From Sphingomonas sp. RT2P30 (lineage in GTDB: Bacteria; Pseudomonadota; Alphaproteobacteria; Sphingomonadales; Sphingomonadaceae), in assembly GCF_036663795.1 (NCBI RefSeq), contig NZ_JAXOJP010000007.1:93882-157881 (forward strand): a stretch of DNA of 64,000 nt, in the 5' to 3' direction. Position numbers and translations under genes: made by a program. Below, one piece after another: positions 62,462 through 64,000 of this stretch. How positions within the stretch are numbered: position 1 is the first letter of the stretch; each line of letters opens with the position of its first letter. The notes under the pieces were generated by a model. It did not search any database, was not told where the DNA came from, and saw nothing but the letters and a program-made list of their open reading frames with translations.

Positions 62462-64000
62462 TTAGGCTACGGCGCGCAGCGCGACCGCGGGACGCGTCAC
62501 GACCGGCCGGAATACCAGCGACAGCAGCAACGGCTCGGGCTTCGCCATCGCCGGCGGCGACACGAAAACGAGGCTGTTTTCGTGGCATTGCCACAGATCG
62601 TCGGCGATGCGCGTCATCGCGTCGTGAACGGGCACGGCGGCGATCGGGCGCGGCGGTGGCCCCTTGATGCGCTGGAAATCGCTGACGCGGTAGAATGCGA
62701 TCTCGTCGAGCTGGATCACGCTGGCGATGAGGCCGATCTGGACGCCGACGCTGAATTGCGCATCGCCCACGGGGATGGTCAGCGCGTGATATCCCTCATG
62801 CGTGGCATAGGCGTCGAAACTGCCGGTCATCTGGCGCATCGCGTCGACCATCAGCACCGGCACGGGCAGCGCGGCGACGTTGAAGTCGCCGCTGCGCAGG
62901 TCGAGTTCGAGGCAATTGCCGGCGAACAGCGACAGGCTGAGCGGCAGGCCATGGCGCTGCAGCTCGCCGGGCAGGAACATGCGGTCGACCGAGCGCAGAT
63001 AGGGCAGCCCGCGCCGCCTGAGCCCGGCGCCGGCACTCGCGTCGTCGACCAGCCCGAGCAGGTCGTCGGTGCCGAGATTGACGTCGTGCTCGAAGGTGCC
63101 GAACAGCGCTATCTCTTCGGCCTGGGGCAGGAAAAGCAGGCGCGCAAGGATCGCCATCGCCATGCGGCGGCGGCCCTCGGCATCGTCGGACACGGGCGGG
63201 CGGTGGACTGCCGCTGGCGCGGTCCGCGTGAAGGCGATGATGCCGGCCTGGATTGCGTCGCGGGTCTCGGCTTGCGCCGGCGAGACGCGGTTGGCACGGT
63301 GAACCGCGCGGCCATTTTCGGCATAGTCGATCACCGAGCCCGCCCCCGAGGTAGCGATTTGTTCGACGATCGCGATCTGACGGCTGAGCGCGGCGAGCGC
63401 GCGATGGTCATAATGGCGCGAATCGAACAGGCCGCGCTTGGCGACGGCGAGCGGGCCGGAATCGCGCAGCAGCAGATAGCGACCCTCGACCGTCACGCCG
63501 AGTGTCTCTTCGAGCAGCGGGGTGATGAGCCGTTGGACGCTGCCATGATAGCCGAGATCGACCAGCATCACGACGTCGCCGCGCTCAACCTGGCCTTCGC
63601 GCACGACATGCGTGACGAGGCGTTTGGCAAAGGCGGCACTGCGTCCGAGGATCTGGCCGACCCGGTCGGGCCGGAGCACGTTGCTGCGGAAAGCGCGGCC
63701 AGTGGCGCCGATCTTGCGCGCCTCGACCTCGGACAGGCCGAGCTGCGGCGCGAGCGCGTCGAGCCGGTCGGTTTCCTCGCTATCGAGATAGTCGTGGATC
63801 GCACTTTCGTCGGTAAAGCTGGCGCGGCGCGCGGTGAAGCGGCTGATCGCGACCGCCGTGCCGTTGCCGCCCAGCGCTTCGAAGACGCGGTGGGGCAGGA
63901 AGCCGTCACGCAGCACGAACACCGGCTTGACCGGGCGCCCGGTCGCGGCGGCGAGGGCGGTCGCCTCGTCGCCGATCCAGCGTGCGAAGGCGTCGAACAG
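62462..64000 (-). CDS. Hypothetical protein. Partial: the 5' end lies beyond the window end.
   Basis: The reading frame stays open upstream of the listed GTG at 63922 to the window end (…LFDAFARWIGDEATALAAATGRPVKPVFVLRDGFLP…). Family not recognised. Confidence 0.45.
   Translation of the reverse strand: MFDAFARWIGDEATALAAATGRPVKPVFVLRDGFLPHRVFEALGGNGTAVAISRFTARRASFTDESAIHDYLDSEETDRLDALAPQLGLSEVEARKIGATGRAFRSNVLRPDRVGQILGRSAAFAKRLVTHVVREGQVERGDVVMLVDLGYHGSVQRLITPLLEETLGVTVEGRYLLLRDSGPLAVAKRGLFDSRHYDHRALAALSRQIAIVEQIATSGAGSVIDYAENGRAVHRANRVSPAQAETRDAIQAGIIAFTRTAPAAVHRPPVSDDAEGRRRMAMAILARLLFLPQAEEIALFGTFEHDVNLGTDDLLGLVDDASAGAGLRRRGLPYLRSVDRMFLPGELQRHGLPLSLSLFAGNCLELDLRSGDFNVAALPVPVLMVDAMRQMTGSFDAYATHEGYHALTIPVGDAQFSVGVQIGLIASVIQLDEIAFYRVSDFQRIKGPPPRPIAAVPVHDAMTRIADDLWQCHENSLVFVSPPAMAKPEPLLLSLVFRPVVTRPAVALRAVA

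Overview
High-GC (~67%) alphaproteobacterial chromosomal segment, Sphingomonas-like by gene content and synteny. It is mostly densely packed core genes, about two thirds of them on the minus strand.

Core genes, in order: rlmH, rsfS, nadD and proA; ftsH, tilS, ybgF/cpoB and ptsP; ruvC, ruvA, ruvB and yebC; pyk, rpmJ, gpmA, purE and purK; mpg, clpB, a TonB-dependent receptor and an S1/P1 nuclease.

Accessory and unusual content:
- Two ParD/ParE toxin-antitoxin modules. One sits downstream of nadD, with a perfect 22-bp palindromic operator on the parD start. The other lies inside the ruvA-ruvB operon.
- The ruvA-ruvB insertion is a ~1.1-kb lower-GC island. It also carries an unknown 118-aa ORF and a decayed duplicate of the ruvB 5' end.
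- A predicted three-gene operon: DUF3667 zinc-ribbon membrane protein, truncated-lid Hsp70 (HscC-like), and a 757-aa polytopic membrane J-domain protein. This is the most unusual system in the window.
- A MITE/REP-like element with 25-bp perfect terminal inverted repeats in the ruvC-yebC spacer.
- G/C-rich palindromes in the ruvC-ruvA spacer.
- An 18-bp tandem direct repeat between proA and the DUF3667 gene.
- A probable frameshifted membrane-protein gene upstream of a flotillin gene.
- An ArsR regulator with two small membrane proteins.
- A prs-like / thymidine-phosphorylase-like / beta-CASP MBL hydrolase cluster.
- A run of secreted hydrolases: DUF885, CocE/NonD, M16 peptidase and a penicillin/AHL-acylase family protein.

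No rRNA, tRNA, CRISPR or obvious prophage/IS was detected. Many long plus-strand ORFs in the track are antisense artefacts of the high GC content.
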